Shown here piece after piece: positions 13,850 through 27,868 of a DNA stretch of 64,000 nt. The notes below the pieces were generated by a model. That model was not told the origin of the DNA, ran no database searches, and worked only from the letters and a program-made list of their open reading frames with translations. Position 1 is the stretch's first letter, and each line of letters opens with the position of its first letter. The position numbers and the translations under genes were made by a program. Source of the stretch: Octopus sinensis (lineage: Eukaryota); NCBI RefSeq assembly GCF_006345805.1, contig NC_043015.1:19840001-19904000 (forward strand), written 5' to 3'.

Positions 13850-14232
13850 ATGTGAGTGTGTGTGTGTGTACGTGCATGCATGCATGCAGTGCATGGTTCG
13901 TGTATGTGCACAGGTGTGAATGCAGGTGTGTATGGACATGCATTTGTGTGCACACACATGTGCATTTGTTTGCATGAGAGTGTATGTATGCAAGTGTGTT
14001 TGCATGCAAGAATGTGTTTGCGTGCATGTGTGATATTGTGTGTGTGTATGTTGTCTCCATGCGTGTGTTTGCATACATGTGTGCATGCATGCAGTATGTG
14101 TTATGTGCATGTGCACAGGCATGCGTGCAAGTGTGCACATACATGTGCATGCTAGCATGAGAGTGTATGCATGCATATTTGGATGCAAGCATGTGCAAGT
14201 GTTTGCTTGCATGTGTGCGATTGTGTGTGCAT
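13850..14232. repeat. Degenerate (TG)/(TGCA) low-complexity tract
   Basis: Generates spurious H/T/C/V/M-rich ORFs in several frames. Confidence 0.9.
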
Positions 14233-14432
14233 GATAAAAAGAGAGAAATCAAAGGAAGTGATTAGCGTTGGAGAATGAGCAAAAGTTATGGTTAATGAAA
14301 GAGAGAGAGAGAGAAAAAAGGAGAGAAGAGAGAGAGAAAGGTCAGAAGTCGATAGGAATACATAAGAAGAGGAAAACGTGGGAGAAAGAATGATTTTCTC
14401 TCTTTTTATTGTTACTTGGAATTGAACAATCG

Positions 14433-14739
14433 GGTGGAGTGAAAATGAAAAAAAATTGTGGAAACTGAAAATGCGTGAGGGCTAAAATGTTGCTATATTT
14501 AATTACTAGAAAAATACTAAATTTTTATTGATCAATCAAGGGCATTTACTACCTCAAGCCCCCTAGACTCGGAAAATGGGGGACTGCAGCAAATTTTTTA
14601 GAATAGCGGAGTTTTAGGGAGCAAATGCCTTTGACTGGTTTAAGTGAAAATTGAGCATTTTTTTAGTAATAATATATAGCAAGATTCTAGACCTCAGGCG
14701 TTTTCAATTTCCACAATTTTTTTTTATTTTCACTCCACC
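14433..14739. mobile_element. Unclassified MITE with ~85-bp imperfect TIRs
   Basis: GGTGGAGTGAAAAT..AATTGTGGAAA at the left end mirrored by TTTCCACAATT..ATTTTCACTCCACC at the right end. Confidence 0.6.
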
Positions 14740-15015
14740 TTAGATTACACAGTCTATATACCCACACACACATTTAGGGTGTTAGGGTGGAGAGAAAATA
14801 AAAAAAATTTCTGCCAGGTACATCAAGTTAATCAAATACTTATCATACAAGAGTCTCCTTCTGGTTTATAACAGTATTCTGTCTGTCTGGGTCTTTCTGC
14901 CTGCCTACCTGCCTGCCTGTGTCTGTCTTTTTCCCTGTCTGCTTGTGTCTGTTTGACTGTTTGTCTGTCTCTCTGTCTGTCTGTCTCTGTCTCTCCCTCT
15001 CTCTGTCTCACTCTG

Positions 15016-15078
<63 letters not shown>

Positions 15079-15578
15079 CTGTCTGTCTCTGTCTGCCTGC
15101 ATGCATGCATGTTTTTCTACATATTTCAGTCATTGGACTGTGGCCATACTGGAGCACTGCCGTTAAGTCAAAATAATATATCGTCATCATTTAACATCCA
15201 TGTTTCAAGTGTGTGTGTGTGTGTGTACGCGTGCGTGTGAGGGTGCATGGTTGAGTGGTTAAGGTATTTAGCTCCTTGTCATAAGGTTCTGAGTTCAATT
15301 CCAGGGGGAAAATTGTTGTATCCTTAAGCAAAACTCATTATTTTACATTGCTCCACTTCACTCAGCTGGCAAAAATGAGTTGTACCTGTAATTCAAAAGG
15401 GGCCAGCATTGTCACATTCTGTGTCATGTTGAATCTCCCTGAGAACTACATTAACTGTATGCATGTCTGTGGAGTACTCAGCCACTTGCATGTTAATTTC
15501 ATAAGCAGGCTGTTCTGCTGATCGGATCAACTGGAATGCTTGTCATCATAAGCAACAGAGTGCCAGTTCCATTCATAC

Positions 15579-15643
<65 letters not shown>

Positions 15644-16068
15644 TGTATGTATATGCACGCCCACACACTACACACAATTCCAATGAGTAGGCATACACGA
15701 AAGCATTACATGAAAGCAAAGTTTTAACATAAAGTAAACTCAAAAAACATGCCTCGTTTGATAATTAATTTAAATCAAAGCTCTTAAAACTTACAACAAA
15801 CATGAACAACGCCCACATTAAAACAAATACCAAGTTTGGCATAGAAAAACATTCATATAAACACACATATATATTTTTTTTTTATGAGTAAGTGAAAGAA
15901 GAGCAAAATACTACGAACTATTGATATAGATCAGGTGGAGTCTGCTTATCTGGATGAATTAAGTCTTAAGTAAACAATTGATGATGCAGATTGTGGGCAT
16001 TAAATGTACGCTATGTTATCTTGATGGAGACTTGAATGAATACACAACTTATTTTGACTTTTACTTAC

Positions 16069-16150
16069 TCCCAGAATGACATCCTTGATATCATAGGCTG
16101 CTGTAGACTCAAGTGGTACAACTGTATCAAGGCCTTTGACAAGTCGGTCT
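16069..16150 (-). CDS. PCCB: PCCB exon, 82 bp (DRLVKGLDTVVPLESTAAYDIKDVILG)
   Basis: Acceptor ctaacAG, donor GTaagt; aligns to human [25 protein letters not shown]; phase 2 to 0. Confidence 0.95.
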
Positions 16151-16265
16151 CTGTTAGAAATATAAAAAGATGAAAAATTTACCCTTTACTTACTAGTAAA
16201 TGTAAGGATAAACAAGTTACGCAGGTCAATATACAAAGTGTATTAAATACATGAGAATAGGCGCA

Positions 16266-16665
16266 GGAGTGGCTGTGTGGTAAGTAGCTTGCTAACCAAC
16301 CACATGGTTCCGGGTTCAGTCCCACTGCGTGGCACCTTGGGCAAGTGTCTTCTGCTATAGCCCCGGGCCGACCAATGCCTTGTGAGTGGATTTGGTAGAA
16401 GGAAACTGAAAGAAGCCTGTCGTATATATGTATATATATATAAGTGTGTGTGTATATGTTTGTGTGTCTGTGTTTGTCCTCCCAGCATTGCTTGACAACC
16501 GATGCTGGTGTGTTTACATCCCCGTCACTTAGCGGTTCGGCAAAAGAGACCGATAGAATAAGTACTGGGCTTAGAAAGAATAAGTCCCGGGGTCGATTTG
16601 CTCGACTAAAGGCGGTGCTCCAGCATGGCCGCAGTCAAATGACTGAAACAAGTAAAAGAGAAAGA
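16266..16665 (+). mobile_element. tRNA-derived SINE family A (CORE-like centre, internal TA/TG microsatellite), well-preserved copy
   Basis: A-box TGGCTGTGTGG, B-box GGTTCAGTCCC, CORE-like CACCTTGGGCAAGT, tail ..GACTGAAACAAGTAAAAGAG. Confidence 0.88.
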
Positions 16666-19202
16666 GATATAAAAAAATGTCTGTATGATTACATACAAAA
16701 AGGTCTGACTTACACCGAATAGAAATGATATTAAGAATTAAAGGGGTGGAAGAAAAGTATTACAAATCCAACAGCTGTTTCTGGAGGCTCAGTGGTCCAA
16801 AATAATATTTGTAGATGGATTCCATCGTCGGAAGAGACAAGCCTCCATCTTCAGGGAAGAGATAACTTGCTTATCCTTACATCTACTTCTCTATGTGCTC
16901 ACGTTTAAACCTCTTGAGCATTACTAAGTGTATTCTATACACAGAGAATATTTGATACTCATCTATGAACCTTTACTTACGATATTTCTATTGAAATTTA
17001 CTGCTTTCGTTTCAATTAGTTTACATGTTTGGAACATCCTTATCATCATTGTCATTTAACATCCGCTTTCCATGCTGGCATGGGTTGGATGGTGAGCCAG
17101 GAAGCAGCACCAGGCTCCAACCTGATCTGGCAAGGTTTCTAAAGCTGGATACCCATCCTAACACCAACCACTCTGAGAGTGTAGTGGTTTGCGTTTAGAG
17201 CATTTTAAAACATGAATTTGGAGTCACAGAACTTGGGGTTGTCTTAAGCAGGCTCTTTTATCTTTTGTCTCAGTCGCTGGACTGCAGCCATACTGGGGCA
17301 CTACCTTAAAGAGTTTTAGTCAAGCAAATCAACTTCACTATTAGTGTTTTTTTTAAAGTCTGGTACTTATTCTATCAGTCATCTTTTGGCGAAGTGCTAA
17401 GATGCAGGGATGTAAACAAACCCACACCAGTTGTCAAACAAAGGCACACACACATACATACAAAGGACTTCCTCACAGTTTCAGTCTACCAAATCCACCC
17501 ACAAGGCACTGATTGACTCAAGGCCATAGTAGAAGACCCTTTCCCCAGGTGCTATGCAGTGGGACTGAACCTAAAACCAAGTGGTTCCAGAGCATGCAAC
17601 TTAACCACACAGCCAAGCTTGCACCTATAAAAAGATGAAAGTGACAGTTAATCTCAGCAGGATTTGAACTCAGAACTTAAAGAGATGGGATGAATGCCAC
17701 TAAAAATTTTATCTGATGCATTAACAATTCTGCCAGCTTGCCACTTTATACTAGTTGCTATCAAAATGGTTAAAAGCAAGCCAAAAAACAGAAAATACAC
17801 TTCAACCGGCAATAAAGGAATTCTCATGTCAAGCAAAAATAAAATAGAAACAGGAACTGTAAGAAGCTATTATTGGAAATGTAATATTGCATGGCATTGA
17901 AACAGGAGTAGTAAATATAATGGATTAACAGAGTAGAATGTGTTAAGAATGGTCTGATCTATTGGATGCGTCATTAAGAAATTGAGTTCTCTCTTTGGTT
18001 CAAAGCAGTGACAAATTAAAAATATTTAATTCTCCCAGGTCATAAGGAACCCTAATAGATTACTGATTAAGTTCCCGTTTCCTAAAAATTAACTAAATGT
18101 GATATAAAATTTCTCAATGGTGAGAGTTCATGAACACAAAATTATTTAGCTTAAATATGAAACAAAATGCTTGCAGTGGACTTGAACTCAAAATCTGAGT
18201 TTATATTGGGTTCTCAAAAAAATTTATTTGGTTTTGTTTTTTTGTTTTTTTTTTCCTTTGGCACTGTCGTCATATGTCTGAAAAATGGTAAATCATCATC
18301 ATCCTCATCGTTGTTTAATGTCTGATTTCCATGCTGGCATGGGTTGGAAAGTTTGAGGACTGGCTCCAATCTGATCTGGCAAAGTTTCTACAGCTGGATG
18401 TCCTTCCTAATGCCAACCACACCGAGATTGTAGTGGGTGCTTTTACATGCCACCAGCATGAGGACCAGTTAGGCGGTTCTGGCAATGACCATGCTCAAAA
18501 GGTGATTTTTACGTGCTACCTGCATGGGAGCCAGTCTGTCGGCACTGGCAATGACCACGCTCGAATGTTGTTTTTCATGTGCCACCAGCACGTGCCGGTA
18601 AGGCGACACTGGCAACGATCACGCTCAAATAGTGAATTTCAAAAACAATAAACAAAAGATAGAAAGGAAAAATAGAGGTAAAAAAAAATGGACGATGATA
18701 AATATTTTCCATGTTAATTCAAATAACACTGGAAAAGTTTAACATATATGGGTGGGAGAAGAACAAATCCTCATCATCATTTAACGTCCGTTTTCCATGC
18801 TGGTATGGGTTGGACGGTTTGAATGGGGACTGGCAAGCCAGGTGGCCTCACCGGGCTCAAATCTGATCTGGCAATGTTTCTACAGCTGGATGCCCTTCCT
18901 AACGCCAGAGTGTAGTGGGTGCTTTTTACATGCCACCAGCACGGGAGCCAGTCAGGCGGCAATGGCATCGGTCATGTTCAGATGGTGCTTTTTACATGCT
19001 ACCAGCACAGGAGCCAGTCAGGGCAGTGGGGGCTGGCATGGACCACGTAAATGTATCTGACAACCCAATGCATCAATACCTTATCCGCTTTCAGTTTATA
19101 CATTCTTCTCATTTTTGATCCATTGATGAAATATCATGAAACAACATTGCTTGGAAATCTAGATCGCCAAAAAAATAGACAAAAAGAAGCAGTCAAACTT
19201 AC

Positions 19203-19323
19203 GGAGAATCTTCACATTTGCGGATAGGAGAAGGTTTCAAGTTGCTGGGTGGCAAGAAGTTCATGAAATTTCTTAACTCTTTCAGGGCAACAACATCATT
19301 TTCAAATGCAAGATGGGCAACAC
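19203..19323 (-). CDS. PCCB: PCCB exon, 121 bp ([41 protein letters not shown])
   Basis: Acceptor ttttcAG, donor GTaagt; aligns to human GVAHRAFENDVDAL; phase 1 to 2. Confidence 0.96.
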
Positions 19324-21637
19324 CTGAAAAACAAACAATTTTACTTTTTACAATCTTGACAACATAATTATAAAAGCATATTTTTACAATCACTAAATTA
19401 TAAATTATAAAAACATATTTTTATAATCACTAACGAAAAAAATAAAAACCTGGAAGAAAAAAAAAAGGAAATAATAAAAGCCGCCAACTATTTTAATGAA
19501 ATGACCCAATTATGCATGTAGACTTAATCAGAAATGTAGTCGGAAGCTAAGTCGATGGATTTACTTGATAAGGAGGGAATGTAATGCAAGCATGTTTTTA
19601 AAAATATTTACAACTCCTACCAAACGTGTTGAGTGCTACTCTCATTTATTCACTCATTGAACATCCACTTTTCCATGCTTGCGTAGGCTGGATAGAGTCT
19701 ATTTGAGGCAAATTTTGTACAGCTGGATGCCCTTCCTGTCATCAACCCTCGCTTGTTTATAAGCAAAGTAATATTTTCCAAAGACTCGACATGATTTTGC
19801 AAAATATTGGAAATGAATAACACTACCCGTGTGACCATGACATTCCTTCACAGCTATCATACAGTGTCAAGACAAGGAGACAGAGGCAATGACTAGTAAC
19901 TGAGACCTTTGGCGTTAGGCTGTGCTTGAGAAGACGCATCAAGTCAAGTGAAATCATTGTGACCAAGGCCGGGGGGCACGTAAAAAGCACCTTTCAAACA
20001 TTGGGCCACATGGAGGCAAAGTAGCCAATGCTGGGGGCACATGAAAAGATCCTTTCCAGTGTTAGGCCTCACAGAGGCAATAACAAATGACCAAGACCTT
20101 TGGCATTATGTTGTGCTTGAGAAGAAAACCCATCAAGCAAAGCAAAATCACAGTCATGGCAGATACTAGCATCACACAAATGGCACCCGTGGGAGTGGCA
20201 TGTAAAAGCACCCATTATACTCTGAGTGGTTGGCATTAGGAAGGGCATCTAGCTGTAGAAACCATACCAAATCAGACTGGAGTTGGGTGCCGCCTTCCAG
20301 CTTGCCAGCCCTGGTCAAACTGCCCAACCCATGCCAGCATGGACAAGACTTTAAATGACGATGATAGTGTGTGTGTGTGTGTGTGTGTAAATTTGTATTG
20401 TGCACGTGTGAGTGAGATTGTGTGTGCTTGTCAGTCAATCTGTTAGAAATAGCAGCCAAATTTCACTCAAATCCCACCCATAGTATCTTCGCAAATGGAA
20501 GGACATATAACAATGTAATCCTAAATACACTATATCTGGAAAAAAAGATGGGATAGTCACACTTGGAAAGAATTTGACAACAGTTCAGCTCAGTCAGGGT
20601 TGACATCAGGATAAATGGCAATAGCAAAGTGTGAATTTGGTAGCCTGTGTCCTGCTACTGGTGCCACATATATACATGTACACATATAATTAAACATAGA
20701 TTATAGGGCAGGCATGGCTGTGTTGTTAAGAAGCTTGCTTTGCAACTGAGAGATTTTGAATTCAATCTCACTGCACAGCACCTTGGACAAGTGTTTTCTA
20801 CTGTACTCCTGGGAATCAATGTCTTGCAAATGAATTTGGCACACAGAAACTGTGCAGAAGCCTCTTCCACACACACACACACACACACACATGCTCTCTT
20901 ATACACACACGCGCGCACCTTCGTTTTGGGATCACCACTACTTTATTATCTCCCTTTCTTCCTAGCTCTCCTGTGTGACCCCTCTGTCCAGCATTCGCCA
21001 TGATAGATCGCTAGCCACTACACATTATTTTCTCTCCTTGTTTCTTTCTGTGGAACAGCATAGGCTCGAAACATTAAAGACCTCTTCATTTCCCAAGCAT
21101 TAAACTAATACATCAGTTTGTTGTCTACACCACCTGTCTTTGTCTTTTGTTTTTTTCGTGAATTTACATATACGTACACACTAGCTTGGCTAGGGGATGG
21201 TAGGAGTGGTCCATCCTGGGCAGCACTTTTAAAGGGGCGGCACTTTTGGGTCTACTATACACAATATGTGGTTTTCTGTGGGGCCTGGGAGCGGCAAATG
21301 GAAGGGCTGCCCCAGATGGCACACTCTCTAGCTACACTAGTTTACATACATGTGTGTGTGTGTGTGTGTGTGCTTGCATATGAATGTGTTTGCTACCCCC
21401 ACCCCCATTAGTTGAGTGTTGGTTCATTTACATCCCCATAACTTAGCAGTTTCAACAAACAAGACCAACAGAATAAGTACCAGACTTAATAATTACTGGG
21501 GTTGATTTGTTTTCACTAAACCTTTCAAGGTAGTGCCCCAGTATGACTGTAGTTCTATGAAAGAAACAAAGAAAAAGATATCCACATATGTATGCACATA
21601 CAATGAACTTGGTGTGTATATATTCTTTTACACCTTC

Positions 21638-22030
21638 TTTTATTTGTTTCAGTCATTTGACTGCGGCCATGCTGGAGTACTGCCTTTAGTCGAACAAATC
21701 GACCCCAGGACTTATTCTTTGTAAGCCTATTCTATTGGCTTCTTTTGCTGAACCACTAAGTTACGGGGACATAAACACACCAGCATTGGTTGTCAAGCAA
21801 TGGTGTGTGTGGGGGGGGGGGGTAAAACAGACACATACATTATATATATATATATATATATATATATACGACAGGCTTCTTTCTGTTTCCGTCTAATAAA
21901 TCCACTCAGAAGGCTTTGGTCAGCTCAAGGCTATAGCAGAAGACACTTGCCCAAGATGCCATGCAGTGGAACTGAACCCGGAACCATGTAGTTGGAGAGC
22001 AAGCTACTTACCACACAATCACTCCTGCAC
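21638..22030 (-). mobile_element. SINE family A copy (inverted)
   Basis: Reverse-complement match; further minus copies at about 3240-3535, 17255-17625, 39270-39610, 42130-42655 and 55225-55637. Confidence 0.82.
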
Positions 22031-25000
22031 CTATATATACACACACACACACACACACACATACATACATACAATTGTACATACAGGTTCTACAACATTA
22101 ATTTCAAAGCAATTGGTATGAGACCCAAAATATATAGGTTAGGGATATAGTTGAAACTACTGCCTCGATTATACGCCCAGTATGTGTTTTATAAGCATAT
22201 ATTGATCCACAAGGGATGAAAGTCAAAGTCAACCCCAGTGAGACTTGCATTCACACTGTAGAAGAATGAAATAATATATTGTAAAGTATTTAATCTCCTG
22301 TTCTCCTATTACAGTCATCAGCCAACCTTATTTCCTTTGCTATATACTGAAAGCTAGTCACTAATGGAGTTTAGCACTTTTGTGTGAATTTAGACAATGC
22401 CAAATGTTTTTGTTTTTAGGCAGAGGCATGGCTGTGTGGTAAGGTGTTTGCTTTTCAACCACATAGTTCCAAGTTCAGTCCCACTGTGGGGAACTTTGGG
22501 CAAGCATTTTTTGCTGTAGCCTGAGGCCAATCGAAGCCTTATGAGAGGATGTGGTGCATGGAGACTGAAAGAATTGTGTATAAAACATGCGTATGTGATT
22601 GTCTTTGTATCTCTTTGTCTTGAAAACAGGTGAGGGTTAGTGACAGGAATGGCATCCAGCCATAAAAAATATGCTTTAAATAAACTCCATCAGATCCATG
22701 CAAGCATAGAAAAGTAAATGTTAAATGATGATGAATGTAGGCAAACCAAAAAATATTGGATTCTTCTTCAACTCGAAGCTAACAGTGGTTGGCTACAGAT
22801 ATTTTCAAAGGCATTTCAATCATGAACATCCCATTTCTTTTTAAGCAAAATGAATTGATTCAATGTCTCCTCTTTTATTACAATGGAGTTATGATTTGAG
22901 AGAAACCTGGTTGCTATTTCTAGCAAGCCAAACAACCATGTAGACATTCCCTCACTGGCTTGTAAATCTAAATGGTGAACAGACAGCACCATTTGATATA
23001 TTCCAGCTGCAATCAAAAATTAAACATAGATGATAAGTTTGAGAAAAAAATAACCTATTGCGTGCATGTGTGTGTGTGTGTGTGTGTGTGTGAGTGTATC
23101 TAACAGCAATACCTGTGATGATAGAGGGTTCAAACTATGCCTGCTTTTGCCTTTTCTTTAGAGTAAACTGGTGGTGAGGAGAGAATTGCAGGTATGAGCA
23201 ACTGGTGGGGCTCCATAAAAGTGCCTTGAAGAGGAATTTTTCCATGTACCAGCCTATGATTTCTTGAGACAAACAGAGGCTCATATATAACTTCATATAC
23301 CCACACATCCTATCCAATCATCTGTACCACCTATATATATATATATATCCTGGTGAATTGAAGGTATCCCCCAACTCATCTAATTCACCATCCTCTCTAC
23401 CTCTCCCCCTCTATCTCTCTCTCCTCCTCCTCTATCTCTCCCTCCTCCTCCTCACTCTCTACCTCTCCTCTTCTATCTCTCCCTCTCTCTCTCTATCTCT
23501 CTCCCTCTCTATACATATATCTCTCCATCTCTCCTCTACTGCAAGACCTGTTTCTGTTTTATCAGACTCTAACCACTCATCACCCAGCACAAAGCCACCA
23601 TCCTCAATACTACTGCCTCTCATTAAAGGGTTTTGTGTCTGGCAAGTTACTTGGTGACATCACTGGTGCTGGTGCCATCTAAAAAGCACCCAGTACACTC
23701 TGTAAAGTGGTTAGCACTAGGAAAGGTATCCTGCTGCAGAAACTATGCCAAAGCAGATAAAAGAGTTTGGCACAGTCTTCTAGCTTGTCAGCTCTTGTCA
23801 AACTATCCATCTCATGCCAAGATGGAAAAAAACAAAAAACAAATGTTAAATGACGGTGATACATGCATACATAGACACACACTTCATCAACCATCCATCT
23901 TCTGTGCCTGCTATTTCTGTGAAGGTTATGGAGAGCAGATTCCTCAGACACCTCCTTCATAAAGTCCTACCAAGAGCAACCATCAGACTTCCAGCTGGAT
24001 TCCAAAGAGTGACCAACTGAGACTCTGGGTATTACCCAGCTATTCCATTCTTCGTCTATAGCTAGGTCTCCCACACCAGGTGGCTCAGCTCAAGGAATCG
24101 ATCTTGCTAATTTTTTTTTTTTCTATGACAGTCGAATCACATGTCCTGTAGAACCAGTTCTGTAGCCACCCATCATTTTTACAACCCCTTGAGCTCTGCT
24201 GGAAACGAAGGAATGAGGACTATTATGGTAGTATTCCACAACTGCATGGCTTACTTGCCATCAACTCCCACTTGTTTTTTCAGTAAGGTATTCTTTAATT
24301 CATCTGGTCTTTAAAGACAACAAAGCATGTGAGTGTTGGGACATTTTGTTTAGAAAAGGTTTAAACACTGTTAACATTTTCATTGAAAATGGTGTGGAAA
24401 TGGATGCTCATACATTGTGTGTGTGTGTGTGTGTGTGTGCGCGCACACATTTCTTCACAAGAATCAAATATAGCGTATGCATATAGGTATGGAATGGAAA
24501 ACTAAAAATATTTTCTCAGAAAGTCAAAAAGTAAAGATTCGATTCCTTGAGAGAAAAAAAAAAGTAAATAATCACATGACAAAGCAAAGACAGAATAAAT
24601 GAATAAATAAATTTATATATAGATAGAGACAGACAGACAGACAGAGCACAGCAGGAAAATATAGGAACAAAACAAAAAGAAGAATAGATGAAGGGGTGTG
24701 TGCGTGTACACACACACACACCACACACAAAATAAAAACTTCAGTGTCTGAAATAAGTAAATAAAACTGTCGGCACTGACATGAAGAGTATCAAGGATAA
24801 TTACTGCAATTTATGAAGAACACAATAAATAAATAAATAAATGAAAATGATACAGAATTTAACAAGAAAAAAAATAAATTCAGACATATTTCCTGATTCA
24901 CAAATTCTCTAAGACCCCAAAATCTTTCTTCTCTCAGGGAAGAAAATATGTGCACCAGATCTGTATCTAAGTTGTTTAGACTTGCCTAAATTTTTGCCAT

Positions 25001-25759
25001 TGATATTGGTTACAGATTAGAGATTAGGATAAGCATGGTTTCAGAACTACCACAGAAATCTCTTAAACTCTAACTGCTTCCACACACACACACACACAAA
25101 CAGGGATATCAAACAAATGGTTATCTGATAGCACATGGGAGAACTGCTACTGCCACTACTGTTGGATTTCAACTCTGTTATCTCAAAAAACAAGGTAAGC
25201 CCACTCTAACATATGGAGCTGATAATGACAAGTAGCTGAGAATAGATCAGAATTGTTGAGTAAGACTGTTGAAGAAAGATGTAAAGGAGAGAGAGTGATC
25301 TCTCTCTCCTTTACATCTTTCATTTGTTGTTGCCCCAGTCCTACCTCAAAAAACAAAACCAGTTAATGGAAAACTTATCGTTCATTCCTTTGAGGTGATT
25401 AAAATAAACGTTACTCAAGTACTGGGGGCGAATTCAATGACTGACACCACTCCTGCAAAATTTCTGGCCTTGTGCTTAGGGTAAGTATAATAACGGATTG
25501 TGGTTTAGGAACAAGGCTTGAAATTCTGAGGGTAGCAGTATCAGTCAATTAAGAATGGGTCCAAATTTTGGCACAAGGTGAGCAATGTTAGGGGAAGGAG
25601 GTTAATTACATTAACCTTTTCATCCTTTCAAGGTCAATAAAATAAAGTACCAAAGTTGACCATGGCAGGGTTTGAACTTAGAATGTAAAAAGCCAGAAGA
25701 AATGCTGCTAAACATTTTGTCTGACACACTAATGATTGTGCCAGATCACCACCTTATTA

Positions 25760-25799
<40 letters not shown>

Positions 25800-25801
<2 letters not shown>

Positions 25802-26340
25802 CCTTGATGCAGTACCAGGCAGTGGCTCTCGTGGCTTCTGATCTTAACTAATTGAAAGTGTTATGTACATTGTTTTGTCTTGGTATAAAAAACGGACTAC
25901 AGCAAATATTCTGCTCAATACCACAGATTTGCTTGTCAGTTGTTTGACCTTAACCAGTTGAGCATGTCCCTTAGTGGCTGACGATATGTGCATCTCTGAT
26001 CACAAGCAGAAGTAGTGGGGGAGTATCATAGCCATGTGTTGAGAGGTTTGAATAATTCACCTCTGGAAACATGGGTGTTTCATTCAACATCCTTAAACAA
26101 CCCTTATTCAAGGACCATTTGAGCAGGTTGGGCTACTTGACCTGAAGAAAATTCTGAGTCCCACCTGCAAGGTCATGCACTGTTTATCTTGATACGAGAT
26201 GACCATATCGCACACATATGATTGTGATGCATGTACCTAGTGTACCCTTATCAGACGGGTAGTCATGATAGGTATACTGGGATTCATATATTTTACCCCA
26301 GTGTCACTTTGATGGCATTCACTGCTCTCTCACTCAATAA
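25800..26340. repeat. Unclassified ~540-bp interspersed repeat bounded by (AAT)n; partial second copy at ~36800-37190
   Basis: Clear homology between 25970-26340 and 36800-37190. Confidence 0.7.
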
Positions 26341-26354
26341 TAATGGTCACTCCT

Positions 26355-26600
26355 GTTGGTTTCAAAGCCTCTCCCTCAGAGTGAAAGCAGACTGTATGAG
26401 TGCAAACAGCCATGCTACATGGCAATGAAAAACAGGGGCTGTAACTGCGAAGGACATGAGTAAACTTGTAAGAAATGAAGATGCTATGCTTTGCTAGATG
26501 TGCAATGTCAGTGTGCATGTACGAAAGAGTGTAAGCATCTTGAGAGAAAAGTTGGGCATAAGAGGCATCAAATGTGGTGTGCAAGAGAGACAACTCCACA
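26355..26600 (+). mobile_element. Decayed RTE LINE fragment
   Basis: SLRVK..AMLHG.E..VRNE..ML..MCNV-like remnants with frameshifts. Confidence 0.55.
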
Positions 26601-26602
26601 TG

Positions 26603-26834
26603 CAGGGTACCCCAAAAGTAGATTTACAGTTATTCAACTATCTCTTTCACATTCATATATTAACATTTTAAATCTTTATTAAAAAATATGAAACCATTAT
26701 TCTATGCTAATTTAGTCAATTTTGTCAAGCTCCCTTTTCAGTCTGTAAGATAGAAATTTAAATGTAATAAAATATTTTAAAAGAAATTTAAAATGCCTTC
26801 GTTATAACTGTAAACCTACTTTTGAGCCACCCTG
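26603..26834. mobile_element. Tc1/mariner-type MITE
   Basis: Imperfect TIRs CAGGGTACCCCAAAAGTAG and CTACTTTTTGAGCCACCCTG, right end followed by TA. Confidence 0.55.
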
Positions 26835-26850
26835 TATATATGTATATGTA

Positions 26851-26898
<48 letters not shown>

Positions 26899-27827
26899 AG
26901 CTTGCTTCTTAACTACATGGTTTCGGGTTCAGTCCCACTGCGTGGCACTTTGGGTAGGTGTCTTCCGCTATAGCCCCGAACCAACCGGAGCTTTGTGATT
27001 AAATTCGGTAGACGGGAGTTACTGCCATGTGTGTATGTGTGCGTATAGCTGCTCAGTGCCTCTCCGAAAGAGAGAGAGGGATATATATATATATATATAT
27101 GCATGCATGTGTGTTACTACATTTTCCAATGTGTCCTTTCTGTTAGTGAGTGATCTGAAGGTAATTTGGCTGCTATATCCTAGTAGTCTAAATGTGTGTT
27201 TAAAGGCCATCCCTTGTTGGCTTACAGAAAACTTTACAGCTGTTGAGTATTCCCAGATTAGTCAGTCAAACAAAACTCATAAAAGGCATTCCACTCATGA
27301 TAATCCTGTCAGCTGTACTTCAGAATTTATCTTCTTCATAAAAGCTTTCAAGATGGCAGAGTGTGATAGAGAGAAACATTTAGCTGCCTTTTACTTCAGT
27401 CACTCTTTTGTTTCCTGTAATAATAATTCTTAACTTAAGCACAGGCATGACTGCGTAGTAAGAAGTTTACTTCCTGATCATATGGTTCCACGTTCAGTCC
27501 AACTGCATGGCACCTTGGCTGAGTATAATTTTCTGTAGCACCAGGCCAACTAATATCTTGAGAGTGGATATGGAAGGCTGAAACTGAGAGTGTCTGTCAT
27601 TACTTGGTGACACCGCTGGGGTTGGTGCCATGGAAAAAAAGCACCAATACTGGTGCCACATAAGCACCCAAAACACTCTGAAAAGTGACTGGTGTTAAGA
27701 AGGGCATCCTGCTGTAGAAATCCTACCAAAGCAGATGATGGAGCCTGATGCAGATATCTGGACTTGCCAGCTCCTTTCAAACTGTCCAACCCATGCCAGC
27801 ATGGAAAACAGACAATAAATGATGATG

Positions 27828-27868
<41 letters not shown>

